The translations under genes and the position numbers were made by a program. DNA of 64,000 bases from Armatimonadota bacterium (GTDB taxonomy: Bacteria; Armatimonadota; SYMT01): positions 159,305 through 223,304 of the forward strand of contig JBKBRF010000001.1 of NCBI GenBank assembly GCA_046292385.1, read 5' to 3'. The notes below the pieces were generated by a model. That model made no database searches and was not told the DNA's origin. It worked only from the letters and a program-made list of their open reading frames with translations. Below, in pieces: positions 41,835 through 51,127 of this stretch (within the stretch, counting starts at the first letter, position 1; every line of letters begins with the position of its first letter).

Positions 41835-42296
41835 TTAGATCGGCGGCGGCGGCGGCGGAGTGCTGTCGTCCTGCGGACCGCCGGCGGCAACCGTTACGGA
41901 TGCCTTCTTAGTGGGTCGCACGTTCCCGCCGTCGGACTCCAGGCCCACGAAGATGTTGGCCACCGTCTTCTTCCGCTTGCTGTTCGCCGGGATGGCGACC
42001 TGGCCGGTGTAGAGGCCGGCGCTGCTGCGGGTGAGGGTGGAGGCGGGGCCGGAGCCGCTCACTCCTTTGAGGCTCGCCCGGGCACTCACGGTGATGTTTT
42101 GGGCGTTCGCTTCCTTCACGCGCACCGTGATATCGACCATGCCACCCTGCGACGGGAGCCGCTTGGGCGTGACGGTCACGCGATTAATCTTCGGGCCGCG
42201 CTTAGGAGCGGCGAACACGGAGGTCGCCAGGCAGCCCGCGGACACTACTAACGCGGCGGCGACTGCCGTAGCCGCCAGCAGAGGACGCTTCATCAT
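41835..42296 (-). CDS. Secreted hypothetical protein, beta-rich, C-terminal DDSTPPPPPPI
   Basis: Signal peptide MMKRPLLAATAVAAALVV..VFA; paralogous to 42468-42914. Confidence 0.7.
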   Translation of the reverse strand: MMKRPLLAATAVAAALVVSAGCLATSVFAAPKRGPKINRVTVTPKRLPSQGGMVDITVRVKEANAQNITVSARASLKGVSGSGPASTLTRSSAGLYTGQVAIPANSKRKKTVANIFVGLESDGGNVRPTKKASVTVAAGGPQDDSTPPPPPPI

Positions 42297-42467
42297 TCTG
42301 GTCAGGTCTCCCGGGGGAAGCGGGGCTTCCGGAGTAGTGCGGAGAGGGTCCGGTAGAGGAGAGGCTTCAGTATTCAGACGACAATACGCCTCCGAATGCC
42401 TCCCGGATCTAATGTCTATAAGATGCCTGTCGGTCGCCGCGAGTTCCGGCCGCATGCCAGGCAAGCG

Positions 42468-42914
42468 CTAATTGCTTGGCGGCGGCGGGGGCGAGCTGTC
42501 ATTCCATGGCAGCACCTTGATGGTGCCGACCCGGCGCTGAACGGGCACACCGTTCTCCGCGGTAGTGACGTACACGTACACAAAACCCTTCACGGTCCGC
42601 CGCGACGAGTTGACCGGCACCCGGAGAGTTCCCTGGAAGAACCGGCCGCTCGGCTGGAGAGCAGCGGTGGGGCCCGCGATTCCGGGCAGGCTGACCTGCC
42701 CCTCTACCTGGTCGACGGTGACGCCGCTGGCGTTCACCTTGACGCGGACCAGCAGCTCGCGGCCGTCTCCCGGAACTTTCCCGGGTTTCAGCGTCTTCGC
42801 CGTCACCGTGACTCCCGTCCGCCGGCCCTTGGGAGCGGCCCCGGCGACTGCCGTCAGGGAGCCGCAGAGCAGCAGGGCGGTAAGCGCGGTGACGAATGGG
42901 ACGAGTCGACGCAT
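42468..42914 (-). CDS. Secreted hypothetical protein, beta-rich, C-terminal NDSSPPPPPSN
   Basis: Signal peptide MRRLVPFVTALTALLL..AGA; paralogous to 41835-42296. Confidence 0.7.
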   Translation of the reverse strand: MRRLVPFVTALTALLLCGSLTAVAGAAPKGRRTGVTVTAKTLKPGKVPGDGRELLVRVKVNASGVTVDQVEGQVSLPGIAGPTAALQPSGRFFQGTLRVPVNSSRRTVKGFVYVYVTTAENGVPVQRRVGTIKVLPWNDSSPPPPPSN

Positions 42915-43028
42915 GGATGCTCTCGCTAACACAGCAGACACCCCGCTTGGTTCTGCGTCGAATGAGACAACTCCTCCTATGCTCCCGCGGGCAATGATAT
43001 TTCTCCCCCGGATGAGCGCCGCGGACAT

Positions 43029-43096
43029 AAAAACGCGGAGGCGCAAAGCTGGCGTCAGCCGGTAGAGCCGGTGCCGCCGCTTCGCGCCTCCGCGTT
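43029..43096 (-). terminator. Probable intrinsic terminator of sod
   Basis: AACGCGGAGGCGC / GCGCCTCCGCGTT inverted repeat with T-run on the minus strand. Confidence 0.55.
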
Positions 43097-43120
43097 CGTA
43101 CGGAGGTGCAGACCGTGGAG

Positions 43121-43732
43121 CTACTGCGCGTCGGAGAGCTTCTTCGCCACCGCGTTCCAGTTCACCGTGTTCCACCAGGCCTTCAGGTAGTCCGGCCGGC
43201 GGTTGCGGTAGTCGACGTAGTAGGCGTGCTCCCACACGTCGACCCCCAGGATCGGCGTCTGGCCGTTCATCAGCGGGCTGTCCTGGTTGGCGGTGCTGAT
43301 CACCTTCAGGCTGCCGCCGTCCAGCACCAGCCACGCCCAGCCGGAGCCGAACCGCTTGGCCCCGGCATCGTTGATGGCGCTCTGCAGCTGTTCCAGCCCG
43401 CCGAATGCGGAGTTGATCGCGTCCGCCAGCGCGCCGGAGGGCTGACCGCCGCCGTTGGGGCCCATGATCTCCCAGAAGAGGGTGTGGTTGGCGTGGCCGC
43501 CGCCGTTGTTGATCACCGCCTGGCGGATGTTCTCCGGCACCGACTGGATGTTCCCGAGGATCTCCTCGATGCTCTGATTCTGGAGCTGCGGCTGGTCCTT
43601 CAGCGCGGCGTTCAGGTTGGTGACGTACGCCGCGTGGTGCTTGTCGTGATGGAGCTGCATCGTCTCCTCGCTGATGTGGGGCGCGAGGGCGTCGTACGCG
43701 TACGGCAGCGGGGGCACTTGGAATTCAGGCAT
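43121..43732 (-). CDS. sodA: Mn/Fe superoxide dismutase
   Basis: [36 protein letters not shown] and Q suggest the Mn type. Confidence 0.93.
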   Translation of the reverse strand: MPEFQVPPLPYAYDALAPHISEETMQLHHDKHHAAYVTNLNAALKDQPQLQNQSIEEILGNIQSVPENIRQAVINNGGGHANHTLFWEIMGPNGGGQPSGALADAINSAFGGLEQLQSAINDAGAKRFGSGWAWLVLDGGSLKVISTANQDSPLMNGQTPILGVDVWEHAYYVDYRNRRPDYLKAWWNTVNWNAVAKKLSDAQ

Positions 43733-43990
43733 GCGTTCCTCCGAGGGTCAGTCGAACGAATGGGAAAGCTGGTCGGCGCTCCGCAGCCCTGCGGAGCGAG
43801 CTGGAAAGGCGGGCAAGGGAGCCGGTCCGAGACCGGAGCTCGCCCCGGCGCGCCCTCGTAAGGATACCTTAACCGCCGGGATACCGCATGCCAAACCCGC
43901 CGCGCCGGAAGCGTGCTCGGGCTGGTAGGGAGGTATAGCGAAGGTATAATGGCGAGGCAGGCAGGGGCGGCTGGAGGACGGAGAGGATCG

Positions 43991-45127
43991 ATGGAGCTGC
44001 CGGTAGTGGAGCAGGCGGGAGGGCCGGCGGCAGGACCGCCGCTGGTGGGACGGACGCGCGCGGAGCTGGAAGCGCTGGCCGTGGAGTTGGGGCAGCCGGC
44101 CTACCGCGGGCGGCAGGTGGCGCGCTGGCTCTACGCTCGCGGCGTGCGCTCCGTCGAGGAGATGACCGACCTCCCGGCCGCCTTCCGCGCGCGCCTGGCC
44201 GAAGCCGCGCCGGTCGGCCGCTCGGAGATCGTCCGCCGCCAGGCTTCCCGGGACGGCACGGTCAAAGTGCTGCTTCGGTACCCGGACGAACGGGAGATCG
44301 AGACGGTGGTGCTGCCGTATCCGGATCGCGTCTCCGTTTGCATCTCCAGCCAGGTCGGCTGCCCGGTCGGCTGCGTCTTCTGCGCCACCGCCACCATGGG
44401 CTTCGGGCGCAACCTGACGCCGGGCGAGCTGCTGGACCAGGTGCTCACCGCCCGGGAAGAGGCGCCCGGCGGGCGGCTCACCCACGTGGTGGTGATGGGG
44501 ATGGGCGAGCCGCTGCTGAACTACGAGAGCCTGGTGAAGGCGCTGCGGCTGATGCACGAGGAAGTAGGGCTCTCCTACCGGCACCTCACCGTCTCCACCT
44601 CCGGCCACGTGCCCGGGATCCGGCGGCTGGCGGAGGAGGGCCTGCCGGTCACGCTGGCGCTCTCCCTCCACGCGCCGAACGACCCGCTCCGGGCGGAGCT
44701 CATCCCGCTCTCCCGCAAGTGGGGGATCGACGATGTGATGGGGGCGGTCCGCGACTATCAGGAGCGCACCGGCCGCCGCGTGACGCTGGAGTACCTGCTG
44801 CTGGCGCGCGTGAACGACGAGCCGGAGCACGCGGAGCAGCTCGCCCGCCTCTGCCGCGGCATGATCACGCACGTCAACCTGATCCCGTGGAATCCGGCCG
44901 ACACCTTCACCCGGTTCGAAGCGCCCTCCGGCGCGCGCGTCCGCGCCTTCCGGTCGATCCTGGAGGGGCACGGCGTCACCGTGACGCAGCGGGTGGAGCG
45001 CGGCCAGGACATCGCCGCCGCCTGCGGGCAGCTCGCCGTCAAAGCCCGTCGGGAAGGGGGCGAGGAGATCGCCGTCGCCCCCCGCACCTTCGAAGACGTG
45101 TCGCCCGCGCTAGCAGAGAGCCCGTGA
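43991..45127 (+). CDS. rlmN: 23S rRNA (A2503-C2) methyltransferase RlmN
   Basis: SSQVGCPVGCVFC, MGMGEP, SLHAP, NLIPWN, IAAACGQL. Confidence 0.95.
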   Translation: MELPVVEQAGGPAAGPPLVGRTRAELEALAVELGQPAYRGRQVARWLYARGVRSVEEMTDLPAAFRARLAEAAPVGRSEIVRRQASRDGTVKVLLRYPDEREIETVVLPYPDRVSVCISSQVGCPVGCVFCATATMGFGRNLTPGELLDQVLTAREEAPGGRLTHVVVMGMGEPLLNYESLVKALRLMHEEVGLSYRHLTVSTSGHVPGIRRLAEEGLPVTLALSLHAPNDPLRAELIPLSRKWGIDDVMGAVRDYQERTGRRVTLEYLLLARVNDEPEHAEQLARLCRGMITHVNLIPWNPADTFTRFEAPSGARVRAFRSILEGHGVTVTQRVERGQDIAAACGQLAVKARREGGEEIAVAPRTFEDVSPALAESP

Positions 45128-45249
45128 GCGCGACCTTGCGCCGTTCCTGGGACAGGGCCAATCCGGCAGCTCCGCTAGAGCAACCTGAACTCCTGCTAGA
45201 ATACTCTGTGGCGCCGATTGACGGGACGGGGTCACGCCCGGTAGATCAC

Positions 45250-45471
45250 ATGGATTACAAGCAGATTCTCACACTTGAGCCAGGTAAGCGCAGCGGCAAG
45301 CCCTGCATTCGCGGGATGCGCATTACGGTCTATGACGTGCTGTCGTACCTCGCCGCCGGAATGACCCACGAGGAGCTACTCGCCGATTTCCCCTATCTCA
45401 CCGAGGACGACATCCGCGCCTGCCTCAGCTATGCTGCCGACCGCGAGAAGCACACGCTAGTCGCGGCATGA
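45250..45471 (+). CDS. DUF433 antitoxin-like protein
   Basis: PGKRSGKPCIRGMRITV, ADFPYLTEDDIRACLSYAA; TGcTAGAAT extended -10-like site at 45194-45202. Confidence 0.9.
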   Translation: MDYKQILTLEPGKRSGKPCIRGMRITVYDVLSYLAAGMTHEELLADFPYLTEDDIRACLSYAADREKHTLVAA

Positions 45472-45800
45472 AGCTGTTATTCGACCAGAACCTCTCACCA
45501 CGGCTGGCGCCGCGTCTTGTCGACCTGTTCCCCGGCAGTTCCCACGTATCGCGCCACTCACTTGGCACGGCGGATGATCGGCAGATCTGGAGCTTTGCCC
45601 GTCAGCACGGCTTCACGCTGGTGACGAAGGACAGCGACTTCGATGATCTATCGTCGCTATTCGGGTTTCCGCCCAAGGTAGTCCGTGTCGGAATTGGCAA
45701 CTGCACCACGCGTCAGATCGAGGAGCTGATCCGGCGGCACTACTCTGCAATCGAGCAGTTCGAGGATGACGCCGAAGCAGGGGTGCTGGCCCTGTACTAA
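45468..45800 (+). CDS. DUF5615 PIN-like toxin (VapC45-like)
   Basis: MKLLFDQNLS, ADD..IW..A, VTKDSDF, PPKVV; ATGA overlap with DUF433. Confidence 0.9.
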   Translation: MKLLFDQNLSPRLAPRLVDLFPGSSHVSRHSLGTADDRQIWSFARQHGFTLVTKDSDFDDLSSLFGFPPKVVRVGIGNCTTRQIEELIRRHYSAIEQFEDDAEAGVLALY

Positions 45801-46047
45801 CTCGGCGGGGCGATCAGGACCTTCGGCGAAATGGACGACGGAGGTCGTCGCGCCCGACGCCCGGTAATGTTGCTCCCGGCGCGCTGGCGGCGAGTCCGAA
45901 ACACGTGGGCGGGAGCCCAAGCGGGTGGCCGGCTCCCTTACAGCCTCGGCTCGAGAACAGTGTCGCCCGGACGAGTTGCGCCGCAGCAATCCCCCCGATT
46001 CCGAGCAGCGCGGCGCGACTGCACTCCCGCCGCTTCTTTGCGTCCGC

Positions 46048-46545
46048 TCATGCCGAATGCCGGGCGATGAGGTGTCCGGTGATCGCCCCCGCGCCGGCGA
46101 AGAAGGGCGTCGTCAGCACCGGCAGCACCATGATCTGCGCAGCGAGGACTGGCGCGGGGACGGGCTGGCCGGTGAGGGAGCCCACCACGACGAAGCCGAC
46201 CATCGTGAGCACCGCGTGCGCCGCCCAGCTGATCGCCACTCCCAGCTGTGCGCCGCTCCACCGTCCCGCAGAGGGGAGCCGAACCAGCGGGCAATCCCGC
46301 AGCACGTTGCGCGTCGCCGCCCCGACCATCGCCCCGACGACGCTGAACGCGAACGCAATGACCATGATGATAGTCGAGAGCACCAACAGCTCGTCACGGC
46401 TCTCCGGAGGCCCGACCAGCAGCGCCAGCCCGCCGCCGAAGACCAGTCCCCACCCGGCCGCCACCGCCGCCCCGATGGAGGCGGACCGGTAAGGGCCGGG
46501 CAGACGGGGGAGCCGCTCGCTCAGGTGATCCGGCTTACCGTCCAT
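46048..46545 (-). CDS. Hypothetical membrane protein (about 4 TM)
   Basis: Hydrophobic segments; start overlaps the end of the HD gene. Confidence 0.5.
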   Translation of the reverse strand: MDGKPDHLSERLPRLPGPYRSASIGAAVAAGWGLVFGGGLALLVGPPESRDELLVLSTIIMVIAFAFSVVGAMVGAATRNVLRDCPLVRLPSAGRWSGAQLGVAISWAAHAVLTMVGFVVVGSLTGQPVPAPVLAAQIMVLPVLTTPFFAGAGAITGHLIARHSA

Positions 46546-47074
46546 GACCCTCCAGCCACCTGAGCCGCTCGTCGGCTCTCTGGGCGATCTCGGCGAGCAT
46601 GTCGTCGAGTGCCAGGTAAACACTCCACCTCTCCAGGCCGAGTTGCTCGGAGAGCCGAGTCGTAATCAGGTCCTCCAACTCCGGAATGCGGCAGCCTTTC
46701 CAGACCTTGTCCGCCAGCGCGACCAGTAGATCTTCGAGCGGACTCTCTGCGCCCCACTCGCCGTGCGAGCGGCAAAACCGAGCCAGACGGGCTGCAATGC
46801 CGAGCTCCAGAAGGAGCCGCTCTCCCTCGGCTTCGTGCCGCGTACCCGGCGCGGACAGCTCCTGCGGGTGTCGCACCTTGCCGAGGTCGTGGGTCGCCGC
46901 CCCGAAGAGAACTGCTTCCGTATCGAGCTCCAGCTCCGGCCACCGCGCGGAAAGCCCCGCCAGCAGCGCCGCCGCGACCTCATGCGTGACCGTCAGGTGC
47001 GCCATCAGTAGCGGCGGCGCACCGGTGCCGGTGAGCAGTTCCCGCGCTCGACTGGGCAGGGGGTGGAGTTTCAT
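46535..47074 (-). CDS. HD-domain phosphohydrolase
   Basis: AHL, ATHDLGK, RHE..G, SHG, LADK. Confidence 0.85.
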   Translation of the reverse strand: MKLHPLPSRARELLTGTGAPPLLMAHLTVTHEVAAALLAGLSARWPELELDTEAVLFGAATHDLGKVRHPQELSAPGTRHEAEGERLLLELGIAARLARFCRSHGEWGAESPLEDLLVALADKVWKGCRIPELEDLITTRLSEQLGLERWSVYLALDDMLAEIAQRADERLRWLEGHGR

Positions 47075-47145
47075 GACGCTCTCTCGCTTCACGGAGGGGT
47101 ATCCCGGTAGAATCGCCCTAGTTCTGAAACGGGGAGGGAACAGAG

Positions 47146-47352
47146 GTGGCGACTTCGATTGAGACACGGGAGCGAACTGGGGAACGACCGTTCGAATACC
47201 TGCGGGCGACACCGGAGGAGCGCGCACGGGTGCTGGAGGCGCTCTCACCGTTCGACTGTGAAGCGTGGCGGCGCGAAGTCACACCCTCGAGGCCCGAAGA
47301 GCTATTGGAGCTTGAGCGGTTCCTGGAGGAGCGTGAGGAAGACCGTCAGTGA
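47146..47352 (+). CDS. Small acidic hypothetical protein
   Basis: 68 aa, GTG start after GGGAGGG RBS, TAGAAT upstream. Confidence 0.45.
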   Translation: MATSIETRERTGERPFEYLRATPEERARVLEALSPFDCEAWRREVTPSRPEELLELERFLEEREEDRQ

Positions 47353-47590
47353 GCTAAGCGCGCTGTTGCCCCGCGGCCCCAGCGGATGCGGTTCGGGGTC
47401 GGCTCCTCGGGAGCGGGGATCGGTTCAACTGCCTGGGGCATCACGGTCTCCTTAGTTCCATCTTACTCTGCCGAACCGCCCGCTACCTGCCGCCGGTCAC
47501 CGCGCAGGTCGGCGTGAGGGTGACACCCGTGCGCCGGGCCGGTATCCTCCTGTAGCCACTTCTTCCTGAAACCTTCCGCCATCCCGCAGT

Positions 47591-48739
47591 ATGGCTGTCT
47601 ATCTCGATTGCGCGGCCACTCCCCCGATCGACCCGCGCGTGCTCGAGCGGGTGGTAGCGTGCTTCCGCGAGGAGGTGGGGAACGCCGGCAGCCGGACGCA
47701 CGAGTACGGGGCGCGGGCGCGGCGAGTGGTGGAGCAGGCCCGGGACCAGGTCGCCGCCGCGGTCGGCGCGGCGCGGGGCGAGATCGTCTTTACCAGCGGC
47801 GCGACCGAGAGCAACAACCTGGCGATTCTGGGGCTGGCGGAGCACGGCCGGTGGGCCGGTCGCCGTCACCTGGTGAGTACGCAGGTCGAGCACCGGGCGG
47901 TGCTGGAGCCGCTGCAGGCGCTGGCGCGGTCCGGTTTCGAGCTTACGCTGGTGCCGCCGGACCCGGGCGGCCGGGTCGCGCCGGAGGCGGTCCGTGCGGC
48001 GGTGCGGCCGGAAACCCTGCTCGTCTCCGTGATGCAGGTGAACAACGAGACCGGCATCCGCCAGCCGGTGGGGGAGATCGCGGAGCTGCTGGGCGACCAT
48101 CCCGCCTACCTGCACGTCGACGCCGCGCAGGGGTTCGGTCTGGAGCCGGAGACGCTGCGGCACGCCCGGATCGACCTGGTCAGCTTGAGCGGCCACAAGG
48201 CTTATGGGCCCAAGGGAATCGGCGCGCTGGTGGCGCGGCGCCGGTCGGGGAAGCGGCCGCCGCTGGAGCCGCTGCTGCTGGGGGGCGGCCAGGAGCTGGG
48301 GCTGCGTCCCGGGACGCTCCCCGTGCCGCTGATCGCCGGCCTCGGCCTCGCCGCGGAGCTGGCTGCCGCGGAGGCGCTCCAGCGCCGGGAGCGGTGCCGC
48401 CGCTTCGGGGAGCGGCTCCTCCAGGCGCTCGCCCCGCTGGCGTCGGAGGTGACCGGCGACCCGGTCCACCGCGCGCCGCATATTCTCAACCTCGGCTTTC
48501 CGGGGCTTCCCGCGGAGGAGACCATCGAGGCGCTCGGCGAAGTGGTAGCGGTCTCGGACGGCGCCGCCTGCTCCTCCGGCAGCGAGACGTGCAGCCACGT
48601 CCTCGCCGCGATGGGGCTCCCGCCGGACCGGGCGGAGTGCGCCGTCCGCTGGAGCTGGTGCCACCTGACCGAGGAGCCGGACTGGGACCGGATAGTCCGG
48701 GTGCTGGACGAGCTGCGGTCTTCGGCGCGCGAGGGATGA
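47591..48739 (+). CDS. Cysteine desulfurase, DndA-like subtype
   Basis: GNAGSRTHEYG, FTSGATESNN, HVDAAQG, SGHK (PLP Lys), RPGTLPVPLI, GAACSSG (catalytic Cys), RWSW. Confidence 0.9.
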   Translation: MAVYLDCAATPPIDPRVLERVVACFREEVGNAGSRTHEYGARARRVVEQARDQVAAAVGAARGEIVFTSGATESNNLAILGLAEHGRWAGRRHLVSTQVEHRAVLEPLQALARSGFELTLVPPDPGGRVAPEAVRAAVRPETLLVSVMQVNNETGIRQPVGEIAELLGDHPAYLHVDAAQGFGLEPETLRHARIDLVSLSGHKAYGPKGIGALVARRRSGKRPPLEPLLLGGGQELGLRPGTLPVPLIAGLGLAAELAAAEALQRRERCRRFGERLLQALAPLASEVTGDPVHRAPHILNLGFPGLPAEETIEALGEVVAVSDGAACSSGSETCSHVLAAMGLPPDRAECAVRWSWCHLTEEPDWDRIVRVLDELRSSAREG

Positions 48740-48767
48740 GGGTATCCGAATCCGCTGGTAGGAGCTT

Positions 48768-48918
48768 CGCGGCCGGGCGGTTGAAACCGCGGCAACCACA
48801 GCACGTAGTTTTATCCCCCGGACGGGGGACTGCCTTCGCGGACTCAGCAGAGCCCAGTTCGGGCGTCCGGAGGACGCGTGGCCGCAGGCCGTCCAGCGAG
48901 GGATTTCAATCCCTCGCG
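48768..48918. repeat. Cluster of REP-like palindromes
   Basis: GCGGTTGAAACCGC, TCCCCCGGACGGGGGA, GCGAGGGATTTCAATCCCTCGC. Confidence 0.65.
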
Positions 48919-49001
48919 ACCCGCGGAGACTCATTACTGGCACGGTCGTGGTGGACAAACCCCACGCCGACCCGGCCGGCTCGATTAATTCGTAAGTAAG
49001 T

Positions 49002-49481
49002 ATGGAATCGCCCTCCGAGATCCGTTACCGGCGCTCCCGGTTCTCCACTCGTCTCCCCGTCGATCGTCGCTATACCTACTCCCACTTCTGGGTCGCGGAG
49101 GAGGCCCCCGGCGTCTGGAAGGTCGGCTTCACCCGCTTCGCCACGCGGATGCTCGGGGACTTCGTGGAGCTTGGCTTCCAGGTGGAGCCGGGCGACCTCG
49201 TCTCCGTCGGGCAGACGATCGGGTGGGTGGAAGGCTTCAAGGCGCTGACCGATCTCTACTGCGTGGTGGAGGGGGAGTTCCTGGGTGGAAATCCGGAGCT
49301 GGACCAGGACATCACGCTCTCGGACACGGATCCGTACGGCCGCGGCTGGCTCTACCGCGCCCGGGGCGTGCCGGATCGACAGAACGTGGACGTGGACGGC
49401 TACGTCAGACTTCTTGACCAGACGATCGACCGGATGCTCCAGACCTCTCCGGGGATGGGGCAGGATGAGGGGCGGGAATGA
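49002..49481 (+). CDS. Glycine-cleavage-H-like lipoyl-carrier protein
   Basis: Y..SH.W, VGFT.FA..LGD, VEGFKALTDLY (lipoyl Lys retained), NPEL, DPYGRGWL. Confidence 0.85.
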   Translation: MESPSEIRYRRSRFSTRLPVDRRYTYSHFWVAEEAPGVWKVGFTRFATRMLGDFVELGFQVEPGDLVSVGQTIGWVEGFKALTDLYCVVEGEFLGGNPELDQDITLSDTDPYGRGWLYRARGVPDRQNVDVDGYVRLLDQTIDRMLQTSPGMGQDEGRE

Positions 49482-50572
49482 GCCAGGCGCGCTACCTGAT
49501 GATCGGCGGCTTTCTCGGTGCCGGGAAGACGACCGCGGTGCTGCGCCTGGCACAGCGCCTCACCGACTCCGGCCTGCGGGTGGGGCTGATCACGAACGAC
49601 CAGAGCTTCGGCCTCGTCGACACCGCCACGCTCGGCGCGCACGGCTTCCCGGTGGAAGAGATCACCGGCGGCTGCTTCTGCTGTCGCTTCAACTCCCTCG
49701 TGACGGCGGCGGATCGACTGACCGAAGCGGCCCGGCCGGACGTCTTCATTGCAGAGCCGGTGGGGAGCTGCACCGATCTGAAGGCGACGGTCGACTACCC
49801 CCTGCGGCGCATGTACGGCGACCACTACTCGGTGGCGCCGCTCAGCGTGATGGTCGACCCGATCCGCGCGCTGCGGATCCTGGGGCTGGAGCCGGGGAAG
49901 TCGTTCTCGCCCAAGGTCACCTACATCTACGAGAAGCAGCTCGAGGAAGCGGACCTGATCGTCGTCAACAAGATTGACCTGCTCGAAGCGGACCGCGTGC
50001 AGACGCTGGTCCGCGCGCTGCGGGAGCGGTTCCCACGCTCCGAGGTGCTCTGCGTCTCTGCCCGCGAGGGCGCCGGGACGGACGAGTGGCTGGAGCGGCT
50101 CACCACCGGCTCCGCGCGAACGGCGGAGAGCATGGAGGTCGACTACGACCTCTACGCGGAAGGCGAAGCGCTGCTCGGTTGGCTTAACGCCACGCTCCGC
50201 CTGGAAGCCGACGACGAAGTGGACGGCAACGCGCTGCTGCTGCGCCTGGCGCAAGAGATCCAGGCGCGCGTGCAGGGAGAAGGCGGAGAGATCGCGCACC
50301 TGAAGCTGACGCTCACGCCGGACGAAGACGGCCGGGATCTGGGCGTGGTGAACGCGGTGCGCGGCGACCGCCCCGCGGAGGCGTCGCACCTCCTGCAGGA
50401 GCCGGTCGCCTCCGGAGAGGTCATCCTCAACCTCCGGGCCGAGGCCGATCCGGAGCGGCTGAAGGAGATCGTGGGAGAGGTCCTGCGAGGAGAAGCGGGC
50501 CTGAGCGTGGAGCACCTGGAGAGCTTTCGACCCGGACGCCCGGTGCCGACGCACAGACTCGCGGCGGTTTAG
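49478..50572 (+). CDS. CobW/P47K (COG0523) metallochaperone GTPase
   Basis: GGFLGAGKTT, ITND, GGCFCC, EPVG, NKID. Confidence 0.9.
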   Translation: MSQARYLMIGGFLGAGKTTAVLRLAQRLTDSGLRVGLITNDQSFGLVDTATLGAHGFPVEEITGGCFCCRFNSLVTAADRLTEAARPDVFIAEPVGSCTDLKATVDYPLRRMYGDHYSVAPLSVMVDPIRALRILGLEPGKSFSPKVTYIYEKQLEEADLIVVNKIDLLEADRVQTLVRALRERFPRSEVLCVSAREGAGTDEWLERLTTGSARTAESMEVDYDLYAEGEALLGWLNATLRLEADDEVDGNALLLRLAQEIQARVQGEGGEIAHLKLTLTPDEDGRDLGVVNAVRGDRPAEASHLLQEPVASGEVILNLRAEADPERLKEIVGEVLRGEAGLSVEHLESFRPGRPVPTHRLAAV

Positions 50573-50594
50573 CTCCACCCCGGAAGCGGGTGGC

Positions 50595-50747
50595 GCGTAG
50601 TGCGTATTCCGTATTGCGTAGCGGCTCGCTGCGAACGCTTTGCGGAAGATCGTGCCGCGCGGGAGGCTTATTTAGGCGCCTCGCCCGGCAGGACGTATGG
50701 GAGAGCGGTGGGAGCATCCCGCTACGCAATACGCGATACGGAATACC
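50595..50747. repeat. Inverted degenerate heptamer repeats
   Basis: CGTAGTG CGTATTC CGTATTG CGTAGCG after the stop vs CGCTACG CAATACG CGATACG GAATAC before the next start. Confidence 0.75.
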
Positions 50748-50776
50748 AGATCGTGTTTGGAGACAGCAGTTCCGTC

Positions 50777-51127
50777 ATGCAGAACGCCCGGATACTCTAC
50801 TGCCACTGCGCCTACGCGCAGGTGGTGCCTAAAGCGGTGAAGGAAGAGGTGCTGCTCCGGCTCGCGGAGTCGGACGTGGCGTTCGACGCCGTGCCGGACC
50901 TCTGCGAGATGTCTGCGCGCAACGACCCGCGGCTGCAGCAGCTTGCGGGCGAAGACGCGCTGACGGTGGTCGCCTGCTACCCCCGCGCGGTGAAGTGGCT
51001 CTTCTCCGCGGGCGGAGCGGCGCTGCCGGAAGGCGCGGAGGTGCGGAACATGCGCGTGGAGAGCGCGGAAGAGGTGGTCGCCGCGGTCCTGGGCGAGCGC
51101 CGGGAGCCGGCGGAGGTCTCCCCATGA
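50777..51127 (+). CDS. Small Cys-rich protein resembling the HdrA N-terminal Fe-S domain
   Basis: YCHC, DLC, VVACYPR, NMR mirror the HdrA CHC / LC / AACSPR / NIRE pattern. Confidence 0.6.
   Translation: MQNARILYCHCAYAQVVPKAVKEEVLLRLAESDVAFDAVPDLCEMSARNDPRLQQLAGEDALTVVACYPRAVKWLFSAGGAALPEGAEVRNMRVESAEEVVAAVLGERREPAEVSP

Noticed and set aside
44338..45471. 377-aa ORF ending in DUF433
   Set aside because: The upstream part is an alternative frame overlapping rlmN; the real gene starts at ATG 45250
47591..48739. DNA phosphorothioation (dnd) system
   Set aside because: Only a DndA-like gene; no dndB/C/D/E or ssp genes in the window
49002..49481. Glycine cleavage operon (gcvH)
   Set aside because: No gcvT/gcvP adjacent and the lipoyl motif is divergent; symbol withheld
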